From assembly GCA_964016885.1 (NCBI GenBank), contig OZ024744.1, positions 18,972,001 to 19,036,000 on the forward strand: a stretch of 64,000 bases of DNA. Reading direction: 5' to 3'. The notes under the pieces are model-generated. The model was not told the DNA's origin. It did no database searches and saw only the letters and a program-made list of their open reading frames with translations. The DNA is from Eledone cirrhosa. Taxonomy: Eukaryota. Positions 12,601 to 25,480 of this stretch are shown here, one piece after another (position 1 is the first letter of the stretch; every line of letters starts with the position of its first letter). The position numbers were made by a program, and so were the translations under genes.

Positions 12601-13108
12601 TTTCACTGTGTATGTCACTGTATATTTGTGTATGTCTGTGTCACTCTGTATGTCACTGTGTGTTTCTGTATGTCTGTGTCACTATGTATGCCACTGTATG
12701 TTCGTGTTGTCTGTGTCATTGTGTATGTCACTGGGTGTTTCTGTATGTCTGTGTCACTGTGTATGACATTGTGTCTTTCTGTATGTATGTATCACTGTGT
12801 ATGTCACTGTGTGTTTCTGTATGTCTGTGTCACTGTGTATGTTACTGTTTGTTTCTGTATGTCTGTTTCACTGTGTATGTCACTGTATCTTTGTGTATGC
12901 CTGTGTCACTGTGTATGTCACTGTGTGTTTCTGTATGTTTGTGTCACTGTGTATGTCACTGTATATTTCTGTATGTCTGTGTCACTGTGTATGTCACTGT
13001 ATGTTTCTGTATGTCTGTGTCACTGTGTATGTCACTGTGTGTTTCTGTATGTCTGTGTCACTGTATATGTCACTGTATCTTTGTGTATGCCTGTGTCACT
13101 GGTTATGT
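6605..13108 (+). repeat. Higher-order repeat block L, copy 1 (about 6.5 kb)
   Basis: ORF pairs 6621/13125, 7134/13638 and 8070/14574 have offset 6504. Pairs 8494/15252, 10114/16872 and 12122/18880 have offset 6758. Shared rare variants include ctgggttttt, gtcagtggc and gagtgtactt. Boundaries are approximate. Confidence 0.9.
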
Positions 13109-16100
13109 CACTGTATGTTTCTGAATGTCTGTGTCAATGTGTATGTCACTGTGTGTTTGTGTATGTCTGTGTCACTGTATGTTTCTGTATGTCTGTGTCA
13201 CTGTGTATGTCACTGTGTGTTTCTGTATGTCTGTGTCACTTTGTATGTCACTGTATGTTTCTGTATGTCTGTTTCACTGTGTATATCACTGTGTGTTTCT
13301 GTATGTCTGTGTCACTGTATATGTCACTGTATCTTTGTGTATGCCTGTGTCACTGTCTATGTCACTGTATGTTTCTGTATGTCTGTTTCACTGTGTATGT
13401 CACTGTATATTTGTGTATTTCTGTGTCACTCTGTATGGCACTGTGTGTTTCTGTATGTCTGTGTCACTATGTATGCCACTGTATATTTGTGTTGTCTGTG
13501 TCATTGTGTATGTCACTGGGTTTTTCTGTATGTCTGTGTCACTGTGTATGACACTGTGTCTTTCTGTATGTATGTATCACTGTGTATGTCACTGTGTGTA
13601 TCTTTATGTCTGTGTCACTGTGTAAGTCATTGTATCTTTGTGTATGTCAGTGGCACTCTGTATGTCGTTGTGTGTTTCTGTATGTATGTGTCTCTGTGTA
13701 TGTCACTGTATATTTGTGTATATATGTGTCACTGTGTATGTCACTGTGAGTTTCTCTATGTCTGTGTCACTGTGTATATCACTGTATGTCTCTGTATGTC
13801 TGTGTCACTGTCTATGTCACTGTATCTTTGTGTATGTCTGTGTCACTGTGTATGTCACTGTGTGTTTATGTATTTCTGTGTCTCTGTGTATGCCACTGTA
13901 TCTTTGTGTATGTCTGCGTCACTGTGTATGTCACAGTGTGTTTCTGTATATATGCGTCTCTGTGTATGTCACTGTGTGTTTGCGTATGTCTGTGTCACTG
14001 TATGTTTCAGTATGTCTGTGTCACTGTGTATGTCACTGTGTGTTTCTGTATGTATGTGTCACCATGTATGTCATGTATCTTTGTGTATGCCTGTGTCACT
14101 GTGTATGTCACTGTGTGTTTCTGTATGTTTGTGTCACTGTGTATGTCACTGTATATTTCTGTATGTCTGTGTCACTGTGTATGTCACTGTATGTTTCTGT
14201 ATGTCTGTGTCACTGTGTATGTCACTGTGTGTTTCTGTATGTCTGTGTCACTGTATGTGTCACTGTATCTTTGTGTATGCCTGTGTCACTGGTTATGTCA
14301 CTGTATGTTTCTGTATGTCTGTTTCACTGTGTATGTCACTGTATATTTGTGTATGTCTGTGTCACTCTGTATGTCACTGTGTGTTTCTGTATGTCTGTGT
14401 CACTATGTATGCCACTGTATGTTTGTGTTATCTGTGTCATTGTGTATGTCACTGGGCGTTTCTGTATGTCTGTGTCACTGTGTATGACACTGTGTGTTTC
14501 TGTATGTATGTATCACTGTGTATGTCACTGTGTGTTTCTGAATGTCTGTGTCACTATGTAAGTCATTGTATCTTTGTGTATGTCTGTGGCACTCTGTATG
14601 TTGTTGTGTGTTTCTGTATGTATGTGTCTCTGTATCTTTGTGTATGTATGTGTCACTGTGTATGTTACTGTGAGTTTATGTATGTCTGTGTCACTGTGTA
14701 TGTCACTGTATGTCTATGTATGTCTGTGTCACTGTCTATGTCACTGTATCTTTGTGTATGTCTGTATTACTGTGTATGTCGCTGTGTGTTTATGTATGTC
14801 TGTGTCACTGTGTATGACACTGTGTGTTTCTGTATGTATGTATCACTGTGTATGTCACTGTGTGTTTCTGAATGTCTGTGTCACTATGTAAGTCATTGTA
14901 TCTTTGTGTATGTCTGTGGCACTCTGTATGTTGTTGTGTGTTTCTGTATGTATGTGTCTCTGTATCTTTGTGTATGTATGTGTCACTGTGTATGTTACTG
15001 TGAGTTTATGTATGTCTGTGTCACTGTGTATGTCACTGTATGTCTATGTATGTCTGTGTCACTGTCTATGTCACTGTATCTTTGTGTATGTCTGTATTAC
15101 TGTGTATGTCACTGTGTGTTTCTGTATGTCTGTGTCACTGTGTATGTCACAATGTGTTTCTGTATATCTCTGTCTCTGTGTATGTCACTGTATCTTTGTA
15201 TATGTCTGTGTCACTGTGTATGTCACTATGTGTTTCTGTATGTCTGTGTGAGTGTACTTGTCACTGTTTGTTTGTGTATGTCTGTGTCACTGTGTGTGTT
15301 TCTGTATGTCTGTGTCACTGTGTATGTCATTGCATCTTTGTGTATGTCTGTGTCACTCTGTATGTCACTGTGTGTTTCTGCATGTCTGTGTCACTGTGTA
15401 TGTCACTGTGTGTTCCTGTATGTCTGTATCACTGTGTATGTCACTGTATGTTTCTGTATGTCTGTTTCACTGTGTATATCACTGTGTGTTTCTGTATGTC
15501 TGTGTCACTGTATATGTCACTGTATCTTTGTGTATGCCTGTGTCACTGTCTATGTCAATGTATGTTTCTGTATGTCTGTTTCACTGTGTATGTCACTGTA
15601 TATTTGTGTATGTCTGTGTCACTCTGTATGTCACTGTGTGTTTCTGTATGTCTGTGTCACTATGTATGTTTGTGTTGTCTGTGTCATTGTGTATGTCACT
15701 GGGTGTTTCTGTATGTCTGTGTCACTGTGTATGACACTGTGTCTTTATGTATGTATGTATCACTGTGTATGTCACTGTGTGTATCTGTATGTCTGTGTCA
15801 TTGTGTAAGTCATTGTATCTTTGTGTATGTCTGTGGCACTCTGTTTGTCGTTGTGTGTTTCTGTATGTATGTGTCTCTGTGTATGTCACTGTATATTTAT
15901 GTATGTATGTGTCACTGTGTATGTCACTGTGAGTTTCTCTATGTCTGTGTCACTGTGTATGTCACTGTATGTCTCTGTATGTCTGTGTCACTGTCTATGT
16001 CACTGTATCTTTGTGTATGTATGTGTCACTGTGTATGTCACTGTGTGTTTATGTATTTCTGTGTATCTGTGTATGCCACTGTATCTTTGTGTATGTCTGT

Positions 16101-19100
16101 GTCACTGTGTGTTTTTGTATGTCTGTGTCACTGTGTATGTCACTGTATGTTTGTGCGTGTCTGTGTCACTGTGTATGTCACTGTGTGTTTGTGTATGTCT
16201 GTGTCACTGTATGTTTTTGTATATCTGTGTCACTGTGTATGTCACTGTTTGTTTCTGTATGTATGTGTCACTGTGTATGTCACCGTATGTATGTGTATGT
16301 CTGTGTCACGGTGTATGTCACTGTATCTTTGTGTATGCCTTGTCACTGTGTATGTCACTGTGTGTTTCTGTATGTCTGTGTCACCGTGTATGTCACTGTA
16401 TGTTTGTGTGTGTCTGTGTCACTGTGTATGTCAATGTCTCTGTGTGTTTCTGTATGTCTGTGTCTCTGTGTATGTCACTGTATCTTTGTGTATGTATGTG
16501 TCACTGTGTATGTCACTGTGTGTTTCTGTATGTCTGTGTCACTGTGTATATCACTGTGTGTTTCTGTATATCTGTGTCTCTGTGTATGTCACTGTATCTT
16601 TGTGTATGTCTGGGTCACTGTGTATGTCACTGTATATTTGTGTATGTCTGTGTCACGGTGTATATCACTGTATGTTTGTGTATGTCTGTGTCACTGTGTA
16701 TGTCACTGTATGTTTCTGTATATCTGTGTCTCTGTGTATGTCACTGTGTGTTTCTGTATGGCTGTGTCACTGTGTATGTCACTGTATCTTTGTGTATGTC
16801 TGTGTCACTGTGTATGTCACAGTGTGTTTCTGTATGTCTGTGTCACTGTCTATGTCACTGTATGTTTCTGAATGTCTGTGTCACTGTGTATGTCACTGTG
16901 TGTTTCTGTATGTCTGTGTCACGGTGTATGTCACTGTATGTTTGTGTGTGACTGTGTTACTGTGTATGTCACTGTGTGTTTGTGTATGTCTGTGTCACTG
17001 TATGTTTCTGTATGTCTGTGTCACTGTGTATGTCACTGTGTGTTTCTGTATGTCTGTGTCACTGTGTATGTCATTGTATCTTTGTGTATGTCTGTGTCAC
17101 TGTGTATGTCACTGTATGTTTCTGTAAGTTTGTGTCACTGTGTATGTCACTGTGTGTTTCTGTATGTCTGTGTCTCTGTGTATGTCACTGTATGTTTCTG
17201 TATGTCTGTTTCACTGTGTATGTCACTGTGTCTTTATGTATGTCTGTGTCACTCTGTATGTCACTGTATATTTCTGTGTGTCTGTGTCACTGTGTATGTC
17301 ACTGTATGTTTCTGTATGTTTGTGTCACTGTGTATGTCACTATGTTTCTGTATGTCTGTTTCACTGTGTATGTCACTGTATCTTTGTGTATGTCTGTGTC
17401 ACTGTGTATGTCACTGTGTGTTTATGTATTTCTGTGTCTCTGTGTATGCCACTGTATCTTTGTGTATGTCTGCGTCACTGTCTATGTCACTGTGTGTTTC
17501 TGTATGTCTGTGTCACTGTGTATGTCACAGTGTGTTTCTGTATATATGTGTCTCTGTGTATGTCACTGTATCTTTGTGTATGTCTGTGTCACTGTGTGTT
17601 TCTGTATGTCTGTGTCACTGTGTATGTCACTGTATGTATGTGTGTGTCTGTGTCACTGTGTATGTCACTGTGTGTTTGTGTATGTCTGTGTCACTGTATG
17701 TTTCTGTATGTCTGTGTCACTGTGTATGTCACCGTATGTGTGTGTATGTCTGTGTCACGGTGTATGTCACTGTATCTTTGTGTATGCCTGTGTCACTGTG
17801 TATGTCACTGTGTGTTTCTGTATGTCTGTGTCACTGTGTATGTCACTGTATGGTTGTGTGTGTCTGTGTCACTGTGTATGTCAATGTCTCTGTGTGTTTC
17901 TGTTTGTCTGTGTCTCTGTGTATGTCACTGTATCTTTGTGTATGTATGTGTCACTGTGTATGTCACTGTGTGTTTCTGTATGTCTGTGTCACTGTGTATA
18001 TCACTGTGTGTTTCTTTATATCTGTGTCTCTGTGTATGTCACTGTATGTTTGTGTATGTCTGTGTCACTGTGTATGTCACTGTATGTTTCTGTATGTCTG
18101 TGTCACTGTGTATATCAATGTGTGTTTCTGTATCTCTGTGTCACGGTGTATGTCACTGTGTGTTTCTTTATATCTGTGTCTCTGTGTATGTCACTGTATG
18201 TTTGTGTATGTCTGTGTGACTGTGTATGTCACTGTGTGTTTCTGTATGGCTGTGTCACTGTGTATGTCACTGTATCTTTGTGTATGTCTATGTCACTGTG
18301 TATGTCACAGTGTGTTTCTGTATGTCTGTGTCACTATCTATGTCACAGTATGTTTCTGAATGGCTGTGTCACTGTGTATGTCACTGTGTGTTTCTGTGTG
18401 TCTGTGTCACGGTGTATGTCACTGTATGTGTGTGTGTGACTGTGTCACTGTGTATGTCACTGTGTGTTTGTGTATGTCTGTGTCACTGTATGTTTCTGTA
18501 GGTCTGTGTCACTGTGTATGTCACTGTGTGTTTCTGTATGCCTGTGTCACTGTGTATGTCATTGTATCTTTGTGTATGTCTGTGTCACTGTGTATGTCAC
18601 TGTATGTTTCTGTAAGTTTGTGTCACTGTGTATGTCACTGTGTGTTTCTGTATGTCTGTGTCTCTGTGTATGTCACTGTATGTTTCTGTATGTCTGTTTC
18701 ACTGTGTATGTCACTGTGTCTTTATGTATGTCTGTGTCACTCTGTATGTCACTGTATATTTCTGTATGTCTGTGTCACTGTGTATATCACTGTATGTTTC
18801 TGTATGTCTGCGTCACTGTGTATGTCACACTGTGTTTCTGTATGTCTGTGTCACTGTCTATGTCACTGTATGTTTCTGAATGTCTGTGTCACTGTGTATG
18901 TTACTGTGTGTTTGTGTATGTCTGTGTCACTGTATGTTTCTGTATGTCTGTGTCACTGTGTATGTCAATGTGTGTTTCTGTATGTTTGTGTCACTGTGTA
19001 TGTCACTAAATGTTTGTGTGTGTCTGTGTCTCTGTGTATATCACTGTGTGTTTCTGTATATCTGTGTCTCTGTGTATGTCACTGTATCTTTGTGTATGTC

Positions 19101-19866
19101 TGGGTCACTGTGTATGTCACTCTGTGTTTCTGTATGTCTGTGTGACTGTGTATGTCACTGTTTGTTTGTGTATGTCTGTGTCACTGTGTGTGTTTCTGTA
19201 TGTCTGTGTCACTGTGTATGTCATTGCATCTTTGTGTATGTCTGTCTCACTCTGTATGTCACTGTGTGTTTCTGCATGTCTGTGTCACTGTGTATGTCAC
19301 TGTGTGTTTCTGTATGTCTGTGTCACTGTGTATGTTACTGTTTGTTTCTGTATGTCTGTTTCACTGTGTATGTCACTGTATATTTGTGTATGTCTGTGTC
19401 ACTCTGTATGTCACTGTGTGTTTCTGTATGTCTGTGTCACTATGTATGCCACTGTATGTTCGTGTTGTCTGTGTCATTGTGTATGTCACTGGGTGTTTCT
19501 GTATGTCTGTGTCACTGTGTATGACATTGTGTCTTTCTGTATGTATGTATCACTGTGTATGTCACTGTGTGTTTCTGTATGTCTGTGTCACTGTGTATGT
19601 TACTGTTTGTTTCTGTATGTCTGTTTCACTGTGTATGTCACTGTATCTTTGTGTATGCCTGTGTCACTGTGTATGTCACTGTGTGTTTCTGTATGTTTGT
19701 GTCACTGTGTATGTCACTGTATATTTCTGTATGTCTGTGTCACTGTGTATGTCACTGTATGTTTCTGTATGTCTGTGTCACTGTGTATGTCACTGTGTGT
19801 TTCTGTATGTCTGTGTCACTGTATGTGTCACTGTATCTTTGTGTATGCCTGTGTCACTGGTTATGT
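13109..19866 (+). repeat. Higher-order repeat block L, copy 2 (about 6.76 kb, with an internal 330-bp duplication and a 76-bp loss)
   Basis: The offset change from 6504 to 6758 equals +330 -76. The duplicated marker gives ORF starts at 14574 and 14904. Confidence 0.9.
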
Positions 19867-22800
19867 CACTGTATGTTTCTGTATGTCTGTTTCACTGTGT
19901 ATGTCACTGTATATTTGTGTATGTCTGTGTCACTCTGTATGTCACTGTGTGTTTCTGTATGTCTGTGTCACTATGTATGCCACTGTATGTTTGTGTTATC
20001 TGTGTCATTGTGTATGTCACTGGGCGTTTCTGTATGTCTGTGTCACTGTGTATGACACTGTGTGTTTCTGTATGTATGTATCACTGTGTATGTCACTGTG
20101 TGTTTCTGAATGTCTGTGTCACTATGTAAGTCATTGTATCTTTGTGTATGTCTGTGGCACTCTGTATGTTGTTGTGTGTTTCTGTATGTATGTGTCTCTG
20201 TATCTTTGTGTATGTATGTGTCACTGTGTATGTTACTGTGAGTTTATGTATGTCTGTGTCACTGTGTATGTCACTGTATGTCTATGTATGTCTGTGTCAC
20301 TGTCTATGTCACTGTATCTTTGTGTATGTCTGTATTACTGTGTATGTCGCTGTGTGTTTATGTATGTCTGTGTCTCTGTGTATGTCACTGTATCTTTGCG
20401 TATGTCTGCGTCACTGTGTATGTCACTGTGTGTTTCTGTATGTCTGTGTCACTGTGTATGTCACAATGTGTTTCTGTATATCTCTGTCTCTGTGTATGTC
20501 ACTGTATCTTTGTATATGTCTGTGTCACTGTGTATGTCACTATGTGTTTCTGTATGTCTGTGTGAGTGTACTTGTCACTGTTTGTTTGTGTATGTCTGTG
20601 TCACTGTGTGTGTTTCTGTATGTTTGTGTCACTGTGTATGTCATTGCATCGTTGTGTATGTCTGTGTCACTCTGTATGTCACTGTGTGTTTCTGCATGTC
20701 TGTGTCACTGTGTATGTCACTGTGTCTTCCTGTATGTCTGTATCACTGTGTATGTCACTGTATGTTTCTGTATGTCTGTTTCACTGTGTATATCACTGTG
20801 TGTTTCTGTATGTCTGTGTCACTGTATATGTCACTGTATCTTTGTGTATGCCTGTGTCACTGTCTATGTCAATGTATGTTTCTGTATGTCTGTTTCACTG
20901 TGTATGTCACTGTATATTTGTGTATGTCTGTGTCACTCTGTATGTCACTGTGTGTTTCTGTATGTCTGTGTCACTATGTATGCCACTGTATGTTTGTGTT
21001 GTCTGTGTCATTGTGTATGTCACTGGGTGTTTCTGTATGTCTGTGTCACTGTGTATGACACTGTGTCTTTATGTATGTATGTATCACTGTGTATGTCACT
21101 GTGTGTATCTGTATGTCTGTGTCATTGTGTAAGTCATTGTATCTTTGTGTATGTCTGTGGCACTCTGTTTGTCGTTGTGTGTTTCTGTATGTATGTGTCT
21201 CTGTGTATGTCACTGTATATTTATGTATGTATGTGTCACTGTGTATGTCACTGTGAGTTTCTCTATGTCTGTGTCACTGTGTATGTCACTGTATGTCTCT
21301 GTATGTCTGTGTCACTGTCTATGTCACTGTATCTTTGTGTATGTCTGTGTCACTGTGTATGTCACTGTGTGTTTATGTATTTCTGTGTATCTGTGTATGC
21401 CACTGTATCTTTGTGTATGTCTGTGTCACTGTGTGTTTTTGTATGTCTGTGTCACTGTGTATGTCACTGTATGTTTGTGCGTGTCTGTGTCACTGTGTAT
21501 GTCACTGTGTGTTTGTGTATGTCTGTGTCACTGTATGTTTTTGTATATCTGTGTCACTGTGTATGTCACTGTTTGTTTCTGTATGTATGTGTCACTGTGT
21601 ATGTCACCGTATGTGTGTGTATGTCTGTGTCACGGTGTATGTCACTGTATCTTTGTGTATGCCTTGTCACTGTGTATGTCACTGTGTGTTTCTGTATGTC
21701 TGTGTCACCGTGTATGTCACTGTATGTTTGTGTGTCTGTGTCACTGTGTATGTCAATGTCTCTGTGTGTTTCTGTATGTCTGTGTCTCTGTGTATGTCAC
21801 TGTATCTTTGTGTATGTATGTGTCACTGTGTATGTCACTGTGTGTTTCTGTATGTCTGTGTCACTGTGTATATCACTGTGTGTTTCTGTATATCTGTGTC
21901 TCTGTGTATGTCACTGTATCTTTGTGTATGTCTGGGTCACTGTGTATGTCACTGTATATTTGTGTATGTCTGTGTCACGGTGTATATCACTGTATGTTTG
22001 TGTATGTCTGTGTCACTGTGTATGTCACTGTATGTTTCTGTATATCTGTGTCTCTGTGTATGTCACTGTGTGTTTCTGTATGGCTGTGTCACTGTGTATG
22101 TCACTGTATCTTTGTGTATGTCTGTGTCACTGTGTATGTCACAGTGTGTTTCTGTATGTCTGTGTCACTGTCTATGTCACTGTATGTTTCTGAATGTCTG
22201 TGTCACTGTGTATGTCACTGTGTGTTTCTGTATGTCTGTGTCACGGTGTATGTCACTGTATGTTTGTGTGTGACTGTGTCACTGTGTATGTCACTGTGTG
22301 TTTGTGTATGTCTGTGTCACTGTATGTTTCTGTATGTCTGTGTCACTGTGTATGTCACTGTGTGTTTCTGTATGTCTGTGTCACTGTGTATGTCATTGTA
22401 TCTTTGTGTATGTCTGTGTCACTGTGTATGTCACTGTATGTTTCTGTAAGTTTGTGTCACTGTGTATGTCACTGTGTGTTTCTGTATGTCTGTGTCTCTG
22501 TGTATGTCACTGTATGTTTCTGTATGTCTGTTTCACTGTGTATGTCACTGTGTCTTTATGTATGTCTGTGTCACTCTGTATGTCACTGTATATTTCTGTG
22601 TGTCTGTGTCACTGTGTATGTCACTGTATGTTTCTGTATGTTTGTGTCACTGTGTATGTCACTATGTTTCTGTATGTCTGTTTCACTGTGTATGTCACTG
22701 TATCTTTGTGTATGTCTGTGTCACTGTGTATGTCACTGTGTGTTTATGTATTTCTGTGTCACTGTGTATGTCACAGTGTGTTTCTGTATATATGTGTCTC

Positions 22801-25480
22801 TGTGTATGTCACTGTATCTTTGTGTATGTCTGTGTCACTGTGTGTTTCTGTATGTCTGTGTCACTGTGTATGTCACTGTATGTATGTGTGTGTCTGTGTC
22901 ACTGTGTATGTCACTGTGTGTTTGTGTATGTCTGTGTCACTGTATGTTTCTGTATGTCTGTGTCACTGTGTATGTCACCGTATGTGTGTGTATGTCTGTG
23001 TCACGGTGTATGTCACTGTATCTTTGTGTATGCCTGTGTCACTGTGTATGTCACTGTGTGTTTCTGTATGTCTGTGTCACTGTGTATGTCACTGTATGGT
23101 TGTGTGTGTCTGTGTCACTGTGTATGTCAATGTCTCTGTGTGTTTCTGTTTGTCTGTGTCTCTGTGTATGTCACTGTATCTTTGTGTATGTATGTGTCAC
23201 TGTGTATGTCACTGTGTGTTTCTGTATGTCTGTGTCACTGTGTATATCACTGTGTGTTTCTTTATATCTGTGTCTCTGTGTATGTCACTGTATGTTTGTG
23301 TATGTCTGTGTCACTGTGTATATCAATTTGTGTTTCTGTATCTCTGTGTCACGGTGTATGTCACTGTGTGTTTCTTTATATCTGTGTCTCTGTGTATGTC
23401 ACTGTATCTTTGTGTATGTCTGTGTCACTGTGTGTTTCTGTATGTCTGTGTCACTGTGTATGTCACTGTATGTATGTGTGTGTCTGTGTCACTGTGTATG
23501 TCACTGTGTGTTTGTGTATGTCTGTGTCACTGTATGTTTCTGTATGTCTGTGTCACTGTGTATGTCACCGTATGTGTGTGTATGTCTGTGTCACGGTGTA
23601 TGTCACTGTATCTTTGTGTATGCCTGTGTCACTGTGTATGTCACTGTGTGTTTCTGTATGTCTGTGTCACTGTGTATGTCACTGTATGGTTGTGTGTGTC
23701 TGTGTCACTGTGTATGTCAATGTCTCTGTGTGTTTCTGTTTGTCTGTGTCTCTGTGTATGTCACTGTATCTTTGTGTATGTATGTGTCACTGTGTATGTC
23801 ACTGTGTGTTTCTGTATGTCTGTGTCACTGTGTATATCACTGTGTGTTTCTTTATATCTGTGTCTCTGTGTATGTCACTGTATGTTTGTGTATGTCTGTG
23901 TCACTGTGTATATCAATTTGTGTTTCTGTATCTCTGTGTCACGGTGTATGTCACTGTGTGTTTCTTTATATCTGTGTCTCTGTGTATGTCACTGTATGTT
24001 TGTGTATGTCTGTGTGACTGTGTATGTCACTGTGTGTTTCTGTATGGCTGTGTCACTGTGTATGTCACTGTATCTTTGTGTATGTCTATGTCACTGTGTA
24101 TGTCACAGTGTGTTTCTGTATGTCTGTGTCACTATCTATGTCACAGTATGTTTCTGAATGGCTGTGTCACTGTGTATGTCACTGTGTGTTTCTGTGTGTC
24201 TGTGTCACGGTGTATGTCACTGTATGTGTGTGTGTGACTGTGTCACTGTGTATGTCACTGTGTGTTTGTGTATGTCTGTGTCACTGTATGTTTCTGTAGG
24301 TCTGTGTCACTGTGTATGTCACTGTGTGTTTCTGTATGCCTGTGTCACTGTGTATGTCATTGTATCTTTGTGTATGTCTGTGTCACTGTGTATGTCANNN
24401 NNNNNNNNNNNNNNNNNNNNNNNNNNNNNNNNNNNNNNNNNNNNNNNNNNNNNNNNNNNNNNNNNNNNNNNNNNNNNNNNNNNNNNNNNNNNNNNNNNNN
24501 NNNNNNNNNNNNNNNNNNNNNNNNNNNNNNNNNNNNNNNNNNNNNNNNNNNNNNNNNNNNNNNNNNNNNNNNNNNNNNNNNNNNNNNNNNNNNNNNNCTG
24601 TATGTTTCTGTAAGTTTGTGTCACTGTGTATGTCACTGTGTGTTTCTGTATGCCTGTGTCTCTGTGTATGTCACTGTATGTTTCTGTATGTCTGTTTCAC
24701 TGTGTATGTCACTGTGTCTTTATGTATGTCTGTGTCACTGTGTATATCACTGTATGTTTCTGTATGTCTGCGTCACTGTGTATGTCACACTGTGTTTCTG
24801 TATGTCTGTGTCACTGTCTATGTCACTGTATGTTTCTGAATGTCTGTGTCACTGTGTATGTTACTGTGTGTTTGTGTATGTCTGTGTCACTGTATGTTTC
24901 TGTATGTCTGTGTCACTGTGTATGTCAATGTGTGTTTCTGTATGTTTGTGTCACTGTGTATGTCACTAAATGTTTGTGTGTGTCTGTGTCTCTGTGTATA
25001 TCACTGTGTGTTTCTGTATATCTGTGTCTCTGTGTATGTCACTGTATCTTTGTGTATGTCTGGGTCACTGTGTATGTCACTCTGTGTTTCTGTATGTCTG
25101 TGTGACTGTGTATGTCACTGTTTGTTTGTGTATGTCTGTGTCACTGTGTGTGTTTCTGTATGTCTGTGTCACTGTGTATGTCATTGCATCTTTGTGTATG
25201 TCTGTCTCACTCTGTATGTCACTGTGTGTTTCTGCATGTCTGTGTCACTGTGTATGTCACTGTGTGTTTCTGTATGTCTGTGTCACTGTGTATGTTACTG
25301 TTTGTTTCTGTATGTCTGTTTCACTGTGTATGTCACTGTATATTTGTGTATGTCTGTGTCACTCTGTATGTCACTGTGTGTTTCTGTATGTCTGTGTCAC
25401 TATGTATGCCACTGTATGTTCGTGTTGTCTGTGTCATTGTGTATGTCACTGGGTGTTTCTGTATGTCTGTGTCACTGTGT
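19867..25480 (+). repeat. Higher-order repeat block L, copy 3 (5'-truncated by about 1.2 kb, has a 590-bp internal tandem duplication, spans the gap)
   Basis: ORF pairs 8070/20142, 8494/20566, 10114/22194, 11468/24024 and 12122/24840. Markers tatgtcaccg at 22971/23561 and actgtatggt at 23091/23681 have offset 590. Confidence 0.85.
24398..24597. other. Assembly gap, exactly 200 N
   Basis: Run of N counted from the coordinates. A round fixed size indicates a placeholder gap of unknown true length. Confidence 0.99.

Larger units (their letters stand above)
1..24397 (+). repeat. 38-bp tandem satellite array, segment left of the gap (consensus CTGTGTCACTGTGTATGTCACTGTGTGTTTCTGTATGT)
   Basis: The monomer is read directly and continues head-to-tail, e.g. 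one full unit at 355-392. All three + frames translate to the same 38-aa cycle, as expected for a 38-bp unit (3 units = 114 bp). The array runs off the window start. Confidence 0.98.

Noticed and set aside
24158-24969. ORFs crossing the gap, including the only minus-strand ORF (24319-24636)
   Set aside because: They consist largely of X residues translated from N.
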